From: Ascidiella aspersa
Lineage: Eukaryota
Assembly (NCBI GenBank): GCA_963924565.1
Contig: OZ004615.1
Location: 8,928,001 to 8,992,000, forward strand
Length of the DNA: 64,000 bases
Direction: 5' to 3'
Shown here: in pieces, positions 25,501 through 37,600 of the stretch
How positions within the stretch are numbered: the first letter of the stretch is position 1
How the letters are laid out: each line of letters begins with the position of its first letter
Translations under genes and position numbers: made by a program
The notes under the pieces: model-generated
The model's database searches: none
What the model saw: only the letters and a program-made list of their open reading frames with translations
What the model was told of the DNA's origin: nothing

Positions 25501-28500
25501 TTTGAAGTTTCGCAGAAGCCGTGTCGAAAGGTGAGTGAATAAATTTTCCGGTGTTAGTTAGGAATAAACGAGGAAGACCCACCTATCCTCCGTATTTCAC
25601 TAAAGTAAGGTCTTTACTTTCGTTTGACCAAGGACTTGTAAACCATTATTTAGAGCGGACATTTTGTTAGCCGCTCACACTCTTGGGGCCGTTGTAGTTC
25701 TTTAAATTTAACGATTTAAAAAATGAAAAAAGCTCGTTATGCAGAGAGTGTACTGGGTTGAAACGAAAAATTCGGCTGGTTTTTCGAGCACGACCTTCTT
25801 GTTGAGTCTGTTAAACGGACGACAGACAAGTCGAAGCGCCGCCGCGTCCCACCCTTCTAAGGTTCGGAGCAACGACGGGCAATCGGCATTAGCGGCAGAC
25901 TTTATTGTTGTTTTTCTTGAAAATATTGTTGCCGACAGTCGGGTATCCCCTTTCTATCTGTTTGGCTGCGTAGGCCTGCACACAGACGTCGGGACAATAA
26001 AAGCGGAACTGTCCCAGACCAATTAGCGAGCCCAGGGTAAGCATCTTATTCGATTGCTGGGCTTAAGTCTATAATCCCTAGCGCCCATTTGAGGGTCCAC
26101 TTTTACGAGTAACAGGAGCTGCCCGGAATAGAGAGTGCTGTGGCTACTGGATCAAACTCACACGACACACGTCCGATATTTTACTAGTTCCTAAAGCCAA
26201 TTCACGGTGGATGAAAAACGCTACGATAATTAACATAGCGTAAACAACAGTACTCACACGACACACGTCCGATATTTTACTAGTTCCTAAAGCCAATTCA
26301 TGGTGGATGAAAAACGCTACGATAATTAACATAGCGTAAACAACAGTATACCTCTGTGTATCCGCCAACACCAAATTGAAGACAGCTCTCCCAGCTTTGT
26401 GTTTATGGTTTTGAGTTTTACTTGATGTTACAGGAAACACTTGTCTTAAATATAAAGATGGTTGAATTTTGCTTAGTAAAAAAATTTGTAATTTAATTGA
26501 TCGATTGATATTTTTTGACTATCCGAAAGGTAGTATTACTTAATGTTTTAATTTTATTAAGTGTTGGCATATATATGCTTGGAAAAATATATGATTGGAC
26601 ATTTCAGACATTTTAAAATATTCTTTATTTGGGAAAATTGGTATTAGCTATTCAAGGCATAAAATGATTGGTATTTTATCGATTTTAAATCACGAAAAAT
26701 CAAAACATAGATTTCATTAATCGTTTTGTATCAGATAACTTAAGCAACTTACAAATCCTTGAAAATGGTATGTTTGGCAGCAGCACATAGCGAAGCGGTA
26801 CAAACTTAGAATTTACAAATATCACAGTACAGTCGTACAATCATCGAGAAGGCATTCAATTTTAGTTTTACCAGCTTGCTTCGGGGACTTTCGATTATTG
26901 AGACGCTCGTCAAACGATAGCGCAAATTTATATTTGCCGCCATTTTGTTGTTTGGATTATAATCTGTTACTTTTGAGTTCTTCTTGACAATACTTAAATG
27001 TTCTAGCAACGAATAACACCTTCGTTCATAGGTTTTGTACGCACATAAATAATTGAAGCTCAATGTTATTCCGTTGTCCAATACATCCAACACGTTACAA
27101 AAAAAAGTTACATGTGTAAAATGTATTCTTGTTTCAATAATGTCAAATTGGGTTGTTTAATGTTAACATTAAAAATATATCGGTATATAAAAGTTAAACT
27201 TATCCCTTCTTTCGGTTCACCTGTCCTGATATTTCCCACAACAAATAGGTATAAAATATTTTTTTTATATGAGTTTATTATTATGTATTTAACAGGTTCG
27301 CGAAACATTGGCGGCGGAAACTGGACTTACTCCACGAGTGGTTCAAGTGTGGTTTCAAAACCAACGAGCAAAAGTAAGCGTTTGACTAATACAAAGCGAT
27401 TCTTTTATGTAATTTTTAAGTATTTAAATTATTTTGCTCACTTCCGCCATCACAGGTCAAAAAGCTTGCTCGACGCCAAACACAAGGTGACGCTAGTGGG
27501 CAGGATTCGTCTCGTGGCAACAGACAGCGAAGAAAGAAAACCAATGACTCAGATTCAGACAGTACGTTTACAATTACAACTTTTCCACCATTTTATTGCC
27601 TTTCAATACCACTAAAGTGTATAAAAAATGTTTTGAATATTTTAAATGAGTAAAAACGCTATGCATAAATATAGCCTATCGTAGCCTACTGTTAATCATA
27701 ATTCAACTAGGCTACCTAAATAAGTTAAAATTCCTGTAACCTCGTTGTTCGTTAACTAACTTTGAAATGACAGAAATGATTTGCTTCATTTTTTAAGTCG
27801 TTTAATATAGATTTAAAAGGTATTTTATAGCATCATTTCAGTTATGTAGGCTATGCCTCAAACATATTTTTACTAATAACCATTGGATGAATCGACAATT
27901 ATTATGTAAGGAAACATTGAATATAATTGTCTTTTCCAGACGAGATATCTAGTCCGGGGTCATACACCTCAACAGCGTTTCACGACAGTTACAGATCGCC
28001 TGGTAGCGTTCACACTTCGCCAACGGCTGCGTCGGAAAGCAGTACGAGTATTTTTTACTCGTCAAGTCATCAAGCCCACGGTAGGATTTTAAACCGCTAA
28101 CACTTAAACTTAGCCAAGTAGGCCTACTCGAAATGAGTTAATTGTATCGGCGTCGGACTTATAGTACAAAAGGCTAAAATATTAAATCAATGATTAGTTT
28201 TTTCAGTAATAAATAGAAACAAGCTTTGTAATGAAAACAATATTCAAAGGACAAACATTTTGCATTAAATTCATAGATATAACAGCGAGATTATACAAAT
28301 CAAGCAGAACATATTAAACGTTGCTCGGCTCGCAGGTTTATTAACCTGTTTCTGGTGACCTGTTTAATTAGCCTATTATATTTTCCACTTACCTAAACGT
28401 AACCTACTCTTACACTAGATTCAAATATCATGTACGACGACTACGACCAGCATAACTTGCCCCCTTTGGACCCAGGAGAAGACGGCTTCGTGACTCCACA

Positions 28501-28783
28501 ACCGCCCCACTTGGGAACTATTGGGTCCACAATTACACCACTTGAGCTGGAACCCAGGTATAGGACACCAGAGCACCTCAACGACTACAACAATAACGGC
28601 AGCAGCGGCAACATGCTTGCAACAATTGGCGACGCAAATATGCTTGGCGGTTCGCCGGTTGACGGTTTTCCTCAGCAGTATTCGGGCGCACCTGCCTTGC
28701 CACACTTCCAAGCTCAAACCTCTGCGGACGGGAATCCGATCGACCGGCTAATGTACATGCAGAACAGCTACTTTCGCACTTAA
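4589..28783 (+). CDS. Lmx1: LIM-homeobox transcription factor Lmx1 (2 LIM domains + homeodomain), ~506 aa, 10 coding exons
   Basis: Phase-consistent GT-AG exons: 4589-4646, 6370-6655, 23587-23707, 24183-24288, 24651-24734, 25355-25530, 27296-27373, 27456-27561, 27940-28080, 28419-28783 (1521 nt). LIM1 [26 protein letters not shown]; LIM2 [27 protein letters not shown]; homeodomain [57 protein letters not shown]; C-terminal [14 protein letters not shown] matches the Lmx1a/b tail. The start codon (MKVEAFD..) is the least certain part. Confidence 0.95.
6370..6655 (+). CDS. Lmx1: Lmx1 exon encoding LIM domain 1
   Basis: ttctag acceptor and CA|gtaagt donor; complete double zinc-finger LIM pattern in ORF 6378..6659. 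Confidence 0.95.
6656..23586 (+). promoter_or_regulatory. ~17 kb Lmx1 intron with many GC-rich candidate cis-regulatory modules
   Basis: Intron boundaries fixed by LIM1/LIM2 phase (CA|A). About 15 CpG-rich blocks of 0.3-1 kb are separated by AT-rich spacers; no credible protein and no obvious transposon structure. Confidence 0.6.
14379..14406. repeat. (TA)n microsatellite
   Basis: About 14 TA units read directly. Confidence 0.9.
23955..24092. mobile_element. Tc1/mariner-type MITE (~138 bp) in the Lmx1 intron that splits LIM2
   Basis: 25 bp terminal inverted repeats CTTTAGACTTTGTTGTCTGAGTCAA / TTGACTCAGACAAGAAAGTCTAAAG (1 mismatch), flanked by TA on both sides. Confidence 0.75.
25355..27561 (+). 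CDS. Lmx1: Lmx1 homeobox exons (25355-25530, 27296-27373, 27456-27561)
   Basis: Spliced translation gives the Lmx-class homeodomain; phase-0 introns after KPCRK and after WFQNQRAK. Confidence 0.95.
26156..26348. repeat. Tandem duplication, 2 x 96 bp
   Basis: Unit ACTCACACGACACACGTCCGATA...AAACAACAGT at 26156 and 26252, one mismatch. Confidence 0.95.
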
Positions 28784-31292
28784 CAAAAAGCGGAAGTGCT
28801 GGCACCACGGGCTATTTACATTTCTATTTATTTAGAGAATTTTTTCTTTCTCTTTGTTTCTTCTTTATTTTCTGTTCCTGATTTCACGTCGCAAATAGCA
28901 CTGGCTGCTTTGATGCTAACAACGTCTTGTGATTTAACAAGTTAAAACAAGTTTAGTTTTGGGAACTTACTTTTTGTTAAACTTTGTCAGTCATTTTAAT
29001 GGCACAGTTATTATAAGGGTTTATGAAAAAAAATGGTTACACAATATTTTTATGATAATCAACGCACATCCTTTTTTATTCAATTACAAGCTATGGAAGC
29101 GAAGAACGGTTAAAAAACAATCCTGTGATAACCTGCTTTATCGTGCGCCTGTATTTGCTTGAGAGAACGCCTATATGACTTTTTACTATCGAAGTTCTGA
29201 GAGTGCTACCCAAATCCTAATGCGTGTTTGCTACAATAATGCTCACATGTACACATAGCAGCACGGCTAAAGCTAAGATAGGTGGCTCAATTGGGCCTAC
29301 TTTTACTAGGCTACGTTCGTTTTATTGCATGGCTTTTAAGATTGCTAAACGCGACAAACTAGTAGGATTAAGGAACTTATGAAGCAAATTTCAAAGATTT
29401 AACACGCATTAGTTTACTCTTTGACTATGTGACCTTTTATTTGATACGCAGTGTTTATAGTTGAACCAAAACACGTTTCACCCCGTTTACTTACTGTGCA
29501 ACAATGGCCTTGACCTACGAAAATCCAAATCGTGGACAAGAGAGTGCTGCTTATGTTATTCTAAAAATAATTTGTTTAATATAATTTGGTTACTTTTTCT
29601 TGTGAGCTGTTTACCAAACAGTTTCAAAAGGAAATACAATAAGATCGTTACTGGTATTTAAATCCATTTGACGCATTTTAAGCAATGGTGAAGTTCTACA
29701 AATGCAGTATACATGCTTACTTCAATTTGTCGCAGCTGTGATGCGTTTTATTGTTCCCATATAGCAAGCAATAGACGTACGAGTTGCGTTGCTATTTCTG
29801 TCGATACCCTTATAAAAAATTGTCACCTATACGCGATTGTTGTTGTGTCGTATACGTAGACTATATAGACGTAGGCCATAATATCAGGGCTTTGAAACGA
29901 TATTGCCGAAATTAATTAAAAAATGATAGCTTTGGTCAACAAGATTAGTTTTTAGTTGCATAGGCCAAGTTTTTAGCTCTAGTATTTCGCAACATTTTAG
30001 TACGCTAATGGCCCGAAACTTTGGATCGTGTAAGATTAATCAAGTAGGATGTGACTAATATAATTTACATTACTGGTAGTCACTTAGTAGATATTTTTAT
30101 TTGACTTCTAATGAAAGTATCGATGAAAATCAGGTGTTCTTAACATTTTTAGGTAAAAATATTCCCAAACTGTGAGCATTTTTCTACAAAACAACAATGT
30201 CATGAGTAGATATTTTCAAACTATTAGTTTGAAAAGCAGTGTTTGTCAACCCATGGGTCGCTGTTGATTTGTTAGGTCGCCGACAAAAGCAGTTTACATG
30301 GTTATACCTAGCTATCCAGATTGGTTTTGAGCAATATTTCTCCATAATCCTAAAAAACTGCGAAACGGACGTAGCGGCTGCTGTGTTCTGCAAAAAGGAC
30401 GTATGTTTCTGCAATCGACGAACGCATGTTCTGCTATTTGTTGGGAGCAGGAAAATAAAATTGTTTACAACTTTCAAGCGGCGCGCACTTTGTGGCCGCC
30501 TTGCCCGGCCAAACCAGACTTTACTATATCTCGGCTAATAAACGAACATTTCGCTTACTATCCCGCATATTGGTCACCCAAGTCAATTCCCAGTTATGCC
30601 TTAACAATCAAGTGATTTAAGACATCCAAAAAACTGTTCAACTATTAAGTCCATTAATTTTGAAGCAATATTTCATATTTCACATATAAAATAAAACGAA
30701 ACGAGAGCAAGCACGTACGTTGTTTTACGTCTAAACAAAGAGCAACACTTAGGTTGTTTTATGTGTTTTACGCAAACACTTCTTAAAAGTAAACTTGAAT
30801 ATTAATGTACGTCATTTGCTAAATGACCCAAGTGCAATTGAAATAATTTGTCAAAATGTCTTGTAAACTAGAGTATTTTCCCATAAGACTAAAAAGTCAT
30901 ATCAAGTCATTTTAAAACAGTTACAACGCCGACTCAAATTATAAACGCCCTTAAATCTAAATTCTACACATAAAACTTCGTAAAAATAACATTTTGATTA
31001 GCGAAAACCTTTTATGATGTCAAAAAAGGTTTTAATTTGCATACAACAACATTAGGGTTCTTTCAAATAACAAAAAGAACGTTAACGCAATGTGTAACAA
31101 TGAAGCCAATTTTCTAGCAAATGGCAACAAAATTTACTTCCAATAGGCATAAACACACACACAGTGCAAACAGTCACAAAACGGTTAACACAACACAGAT
31201 AAATTTTGGGAAGCTGTCTTTACGCCATGAACATGTGTTCAGTATATTATGTTAAGGTATAGTTTAAATCATTATATAGGGTAATGTAAAAT

Positions 31293-31469
31293 CAGTGGTT
31301 CTCAAAACTTTTTCACCTAGATCAGTGGTTTCTTACAACTTTCCAGATTTATTAACATTAAAATTCAATTAGAAAAATAAATCTCAATATTGTTCAGCTT
31401 CTTCAAACTTTCCCACTGCCTTGCAGACCCCAGTTTGAAGGCTTGCAGACCCCAGTTTGAAAACCACTG
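31293..31469. mobile_element. Degenerate hAT (Charlie/Buster-like) MITE 3' of ZDHHC24
   Basis: Left ends CAGTGGTTCTCAAA (31293) and CAGTGGTTTCTTA (31323); right end TTTGAAAACCACTG (31469); imperfect 8 bp TSD acctagat/ctctagat; internal GCAGACCCCAGTTTGAA repeat. Confidence 0.6.
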
Positions 31470-31810
31470 CTCTAGATTATGCCATGTATTTTTTGTTTTA
31501 AGATTCACATGTATATTATGTTTCTCGTTTAATAAAAACCACAAAGCGTTACACTGTTTTCAATTAAATCTAGAAGGATCTAAAGTTATCTGCAGTTTAA
31601 TGATTCTAAAATGGATGCAACAAAGTAAAAAATAACTATAGTTTGCATACATTCAAGAAGTTTAAAATACAATGGCCCCTGCCTAAAATGTTGCATAAAT
31701 TTACCAATATCTAGACTTACACTTGTTACTTCTTCAATGTAAAAATGAAGGCAACAAACTATGTAAGCATTACAAAACACTAAATGTAGCATTCTCAATT
31801 AATTACAATG

Positions 31811-33627
31811 TCACAGTGATTTGCCATTTTGTTCGGCGAGTTCTTTTTCTACAAAAGTCATGCCATCACCAGGTAGAGGACTTGGAATAAAGGGCGAAAT
31901 CCAAGCAACTTTCCAGTTAATTCCAAATACTTCTCGTAGATTAGCAGCAATTCCAAGATCATACCCTGTCCCAGTGTTCTTCATAACTTCTGGGGTTGTG
32001 CGACCCCTAAAACCAAATTTCAAATTAATATATCAATAAACAAACACAAAAATTGATATAGCATAGTAATATCAAAGTTGTTCAAACAAAGCTTAAAATT
32101 GTATCCCTTTAAACTTAAGATACAAAATGATAAATAAATTAAAATAAAATATAAATATATCTACTTCAGCGTATTTCTTAGATGAAACAGAAGTATGGCT
32201 GTTGCATACAGAAGCGAAACAATACACAACGATGTCATTAAAGCCATTAGGAACGTTTCTCCTTCAGCAATGCCCAACATCCAAGCTAAGAGTGGCATAA
32301 CCATCGTTAAGACTGAACTAAAAACAGAAACAATATTTGTATATAACATTAAAATTTCTGGTTTAATGATTTGTATAATACTCACTGTGCAGAAAAACTG
32401 TGGAACAGCTCAAACACAAAATCGAAATGCATGTAGTTCGCATATGCCAAGGCAAGCCACAGGTAGCCATTCATATGTAAGAAGTAGCGTCTAGTCGTAT
32501 AGCCAACACAGTTTGAACCAATGATACAGTGGTGGTCACGCACTAAAACACACTTGTCACAGGTGTAGCAGTGAAAAGATCTGTTGATAAAGGTTGTGCA
32601 AAAGCTTGTCAACATAAAAATGCTATTTGTTTAACACCTTCACAGTGCCACTTAATTTAAAGATTTTATAACCTTACAACAAATTTGTGTCTGTAGTTTA
32701 CCATATTTTTTCAAAAACTTATTGCTGAAAAATCATTCCTTAATGAGAAAATAACTAAACACCAACGTTATTATGGTGTTCATCATAAATAAGTTGTTAG
32801 TTTTCCAGTTTTATTTATGCACAGTGCACAAATATCAGTCACAAGAAAACAAAGTTAACCTGGGTGGAAAATTAGCTTCACATCTCCAGCAATATCTCCA
32901 TCCTGGTTGCAATGCACTTGGCAACACTACAGAACCGCTACCAGGATTAGTTGAAACAAATTTCCAAACTGAGTAAAGGGTATTGATCAGAATCAGTGTA
33001 CCTGAAAATGTGAATGTCATTAAGCTTACTTTGTTGGTTCATACACTAACTGTTAATGTACAAAAATTTGACCTTACTTTTAAAGCCAACATCTACCTCT
33101 GTTTTTTAAATGACAAATAAAAAATGATATTTTGTAACTATTCTTAATTAACTTTAATAATTATGGACTGATAAAATTATTTCTTCCAATAAAAATATGA
33201 TTTATTTAAGTTTTATGTCCCTATCTTATTGTAGGATAATTTTTTGGTTCTGCTTGAGCAATTATCACTTTCTAGTCTTTGTTAGTGACTTTAATAAAAT
33301 ATGCCTAAAACACAATAAGGGGATTTATCGCATGACAATAATCTGCATACTAATTAAGACAGCATATTATTTGGATTTAAGTGGTTTTTGGTAGTTTGTA
33401 ATCAGTAATGATCACTAAGTTACCGAACTATACAATAATTTGCAATGGCTACACTTACCAAGAAATACATGACCCAGCTTAGAAGATGATGAAAAACCTG
33501 GACCATGTAGTTTTGGCAAGATCACAAAGAGTTCAAACAAGTAAACAGAGAAAACTAGACACAAAAGCCCTCCCATTACAATTTTCTCAGCACGATTTTT
33601 GAAAAATACTTTGCGTGAATCTCCCAT
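31811..33627 (-). CDS. ZDHHC24: DHHC palmitoyltransferase, ZDHHC24-like, ~284 aa, 5 coding exons
   Basis: Exons 33627-33459, 33001-32860, 32580-32386, 32317-32165, 32006-31811 (855 nt, phases consistent). Cys-rich domain WRYCWRCEANFPPRSFHCYTCDKCVLVRDHHCIIGSNCVG; TTxE motif GRTTPE; YDLG..NLREVFG; C-terminal SPLPGDG typical of ZDHHC24; four hydrophobic segments. Confidence 0.92.
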
Positions 33628-34693
33628 GCTTACTTGTAGAGTCAAAATTATTTAATAAAACCTGTTTCAAAGCAAAAATAAAGTATAACTAAAATGGAAA
33701 AACTTTTAGTTTCCTAAAGACATGAATTTAATTTTAAAAATAAACTGAATACAAATAACATAACTGGTCTTTCGACAACAACAAAACAATACAAAATGGT
33801 TTTCAGTGTTGACAGTGCTATAAATAATGGAAAAACCATTCAACAAAGACTACGCTAGTAACCATTTTTCATGTTATAACCGGAAATAACTGCATAAAAA
33901 AGAGAATAAGAGTTAAAAAATCCTGTAGTTGCTTCCCAGATTGCAAACTTTGGATTTTGCGCGAGGGAGATGATTTTGCAGCTCCAATCTGGATTGCACC
34001 TAAACAAAATACAGATTTTACACAGTAAACATTCAAGAATTTAAGCTGCATACTTTTGGACTAAAAAAACATCACAAAGAATACGAATTAACGATTGTTA
34101 CTATCGACAACCAATTGATTCACATTCCTAAATATATTTAACACCACAAACAACACTTTCGTCCACTTAGAGTTTTATAACAATTGTTGGAGTTATTCTG
34201 GTGTGTACACAGCCCACAGGCTCCATATCGCACTTATATTGTAAAATACCTTTAACCTAAACTGAAGCAAAGTATTTTATCTTATTTACTACAAAATTGG
34301 ATAATAAGTTGCAAAACAAAACTCAAACATACACTGACCGAACCGTGACGTATGCAGTGTAGCGTAAAAATGGCTTTATGAAATTTGTTAGAATTCTATA
34401 AAACCCCTACAGTAAACTTTTCTTAGTCTAAAACAGTTGCTACGGTTTTAAACACTTCAGTAGATCAAAGTAAAAATTGAATTGATGTTTTATCATGATT
34501 TATTTTCTGAATGATTTTATGCAAAGGTCCAATAAGCATGTTTTGAAAAAGCATATTTGGATTTATTGGAGAATTCCCCGTTATAGAGATTGTTGTGTTG
34601 ATTATTATGAGGGCAGAATGAGCCGATTGTTAGTTTGTGGTGCATTGTTTGGTATGCACGATGGTATAAACATTTGTTTAGTTGAATAAGGAA
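33628..34693. promoter_or_regulatory. Putative bidirectional promoter and 5'UTRs between divergent ZDHHC24 and SWT1
   Basis: Start codons ~1.07 kb apart, head-to-head; CRE-like TGACGTA near 34346; minus-strand acceptors at ~33662 and ~34001 suggest 5'UTR exons or a trans-splice site. Confidence 0.55.
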
Positions 34694-37600
34694 ATGGATT
34701 CAGGAGTTATAAGCAAGATTCAACAGACTCTTCCGAAATACTGGATCGCTAAGTTTTCCCAAAACTACGAAAATCGTGTATTTTACTTCAATACTTTAAC
34801 TGGAAAATCATCATGGAAACATCCCACTCAAGGTAACTGTTTTTAAAATAATATTCTTAATTAATTCAAAGTGCAATGTCAATCGCCATTGGATACACAT
34901 ATAATACAACTATACTAGTTTCTTAAATTGATGACTGGCGCTGGTCTAGAATCCTACTAGAACAAACTTTATTTGGGTTAAGGTACAGGTTGACCATTAG
35001 CGTTTGGGTTTGGGTAGGTTAAGAAATTTATTAAATATTAATATTTGATCTGCCCTCACCTAAACACTAACCGAAACCCTAACCTAAATATTCTGTGTTG
35101 CTTTGAACTGTTTCAACTCTGTGGTAAGATTCAAGGCAAGGGCCCTATTTTATTAAAAAATTATGATTTAAAAGACTGTTTGTGAATATACTAGTTTTTT
35201 GTATATTAATGTTTTGTAGATGGCAAGAATAAAGATGACTTACTTGTTAAAATGTAGTTCAATTCCAAAAATTGGAAAAAAACACTGTCAAGTAAATTCC
35301 TAAAATGATTATTACAATTTGATTTAGTCTTAAATTGGTTTGTTTAGACTACATTATAATATGTTTATGTGTCTTTCTGTTGTGTAGAAGAAATCAGTGG
35401 AAAGGTCAAATGTAAAAAGAAGCCAAATAAAAAGTCTGCTGAATCCTTACCTTCAAGAAAATTAATTAGCCAAGTAGGCAAAGGTATTTATTTATTTTTT
35501 TTTTTTTTTATAATTTGTAAATTTATCACATAAGTTTTTAGTAGATGAAAGTGTACAGTTACTACCAACTCCAAAGCAATTATCTAAGAGAAACAACACA
35601 TCTGAGAAGTCGCATAAAAACCATAGCATCCTTTCTAGTTGTAAAAGTGTTACCAAGGGTTTGTTATTTTATTTGTTGTATTTTATTTTTACCAAAACAG
35701 ATAACTAACTATAATATATATTCAATGTTGTTACAATTATTTAAAAAAACTGTCACCTGCATCCAATTATATCTTTTTCGTTTTAAGTTACTTCGTTTTG
35801 ATTGTTACATTATAATCATAGGCATTGAACGTAGGTGTGCAAAGCGCACATTTTTTCAATTTTATGTTAAGCTTTGCCCATTTTATTGTAAACGTTTTAG
35901 CCTAAAGGGTCTATAAGAAAGTGACACTATGTTAAATGGTTTATCTCAGTTATAATATGCCACAACGCAAAATTTTGGACTGTTGTATAAAACTCCAGTA
36001 ATTTAAAAAATTTGCAACCCATGACCATAATCACACTATGCTTTTTTCAATATTACAAACAAATAATGGTAAATGGCGTGATTGATGGCCTTAACAAGAA
36101 CTGTGATAAGTTGTGCATAATCCTGAAATAATACAGTAAACTTTGGAGGCCACAAAAGGTGTATTGAAGTAAAAAAATAGTCTTTAAAACAAAATTATTG
36201 GAACCACTGATTTTTAAGTTGCTTAATTGGAGATAAATAACAAAAGATTTCCACCTTCATTGTGAGTACCATACTGTATATATTTTTTTATTTTTCAGGT
36301 GAAACTTCTAAATCAACCAAATGCAAAAAACAAATTTCTACTAAATTACTTCAACCAAAGGATACGCATTTTGTTAAGAAACAATCAACATGTTGCGCAA
36401 ATACACTGTGCACTCCAGGCCATGTTGCTTTTTCAAAATGTTTGACAAAAACCTCTTCGTTACCAGTGATGAATTCAAACAGTAAAAATTCTGCAAAAAG
36501 AAAAAGAAAACTGAAAAAGGAAGCAAGTATTGATGACGATGAACGTAGTGAATTAGCAAGTTTCATTGTGCCAACCAAGAAGCTATCAATTTTACAAGAG
36601 TGCAAGTCAGTCACTAGAAAAAGAACATCTGAAGTGCTAAATGCTAGTAATAAAAATTCTTCAATTATTGTACATAATCTGAAAAAAAGTTTCCCAACAG
36701 ACCGAAACAAAACTACTATGTTGCAACAAAATATAACCAGCAATCGAATTAAGGCTCACAAAAATTTACCAATTAGTAGTTCTAGTGTTTCTCATATTAA
36801 GAAAAGCTCTGTACCTTCCACCAAGCAATTGCCAGCTACAATACCAAATTTGCCATTGCCAAATACGGTAAGTCAATTAATTAACATTTGTATATAAAGT
36901 TTGGTGTCATTTAATTCCATTTCAATTGTTGATTAGATTAATTTAGACGACTCTGATGTAGAAATGGATGATATTTCCTCTTCACCTGGTAAGTATTACA
37001 TTGTCCTTCTTTTATATAAAGTATATAAACACTAAACAGTATAACATGTCCTAAAATAAAATGTTCTATATACATATATTTTCTTTAAGTGTTTAAACAA
37101 TATTATAGTTTTGTGAACTTACTGGAAAGTGACAAAAATTAATTTATTCGTTTTTTAGTAATTAGTCCAACTATTTTTTTAATTACATTATGATTCATAC
37201 CACTTGAAGCTGTTTACTCTAATATTCATTGTTCTAGGTCGAAGTTCTGCTGTGACAAACCCTCCGCCGTCACAGTCAAGCGTTTTATTTGTTGTTGTGG
37301 ACACCAATGTATTTCTCGAACCAAATGGACTTGAAGATATCAGTAAAATTATTGATTGGCATCCCATACCTAATGGCTTCTTTCGAAGATCAATTGTTGT
37401 TGTACCATGGGTTGTTCTTCAGGTGGGCTTTTATACTTATCAACACTCTGTTTAGTCCTAAACAATAGCATAGAGGGCTCATCATAAATACCCCCATAAA
37501 GTGACTCTTTAGCGAAAGATCATCAAACTATTTAAACTAGGTCTCACTTTTGGTTTCAAAAACTTGTCAGGCCCTACCATAGCCACTACATGTTGAAAAA

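Noticed and set aside
26144-26440. 98 aa ORF with an internal repeat and hydrophobic stretches
   Set aside because: A by-product of the 96 bp (multiple of 3) tandem duplication
27112-27615. 167 aa ORF over the homeobox region
   Set aside because: Wrong frame and runs through introns; the real exons read [18 protein letters not shown] and VKKLARR in other frames
35220-35291. Possible extra SWT1 exon after tttgtag (or a 3 nt ATG microexon with GC donor)
   Set aside because: The longer versions introduce stops in the required phase; the microexon cannot be supported without transcripts; exon 1 joins 35388 in frame without it
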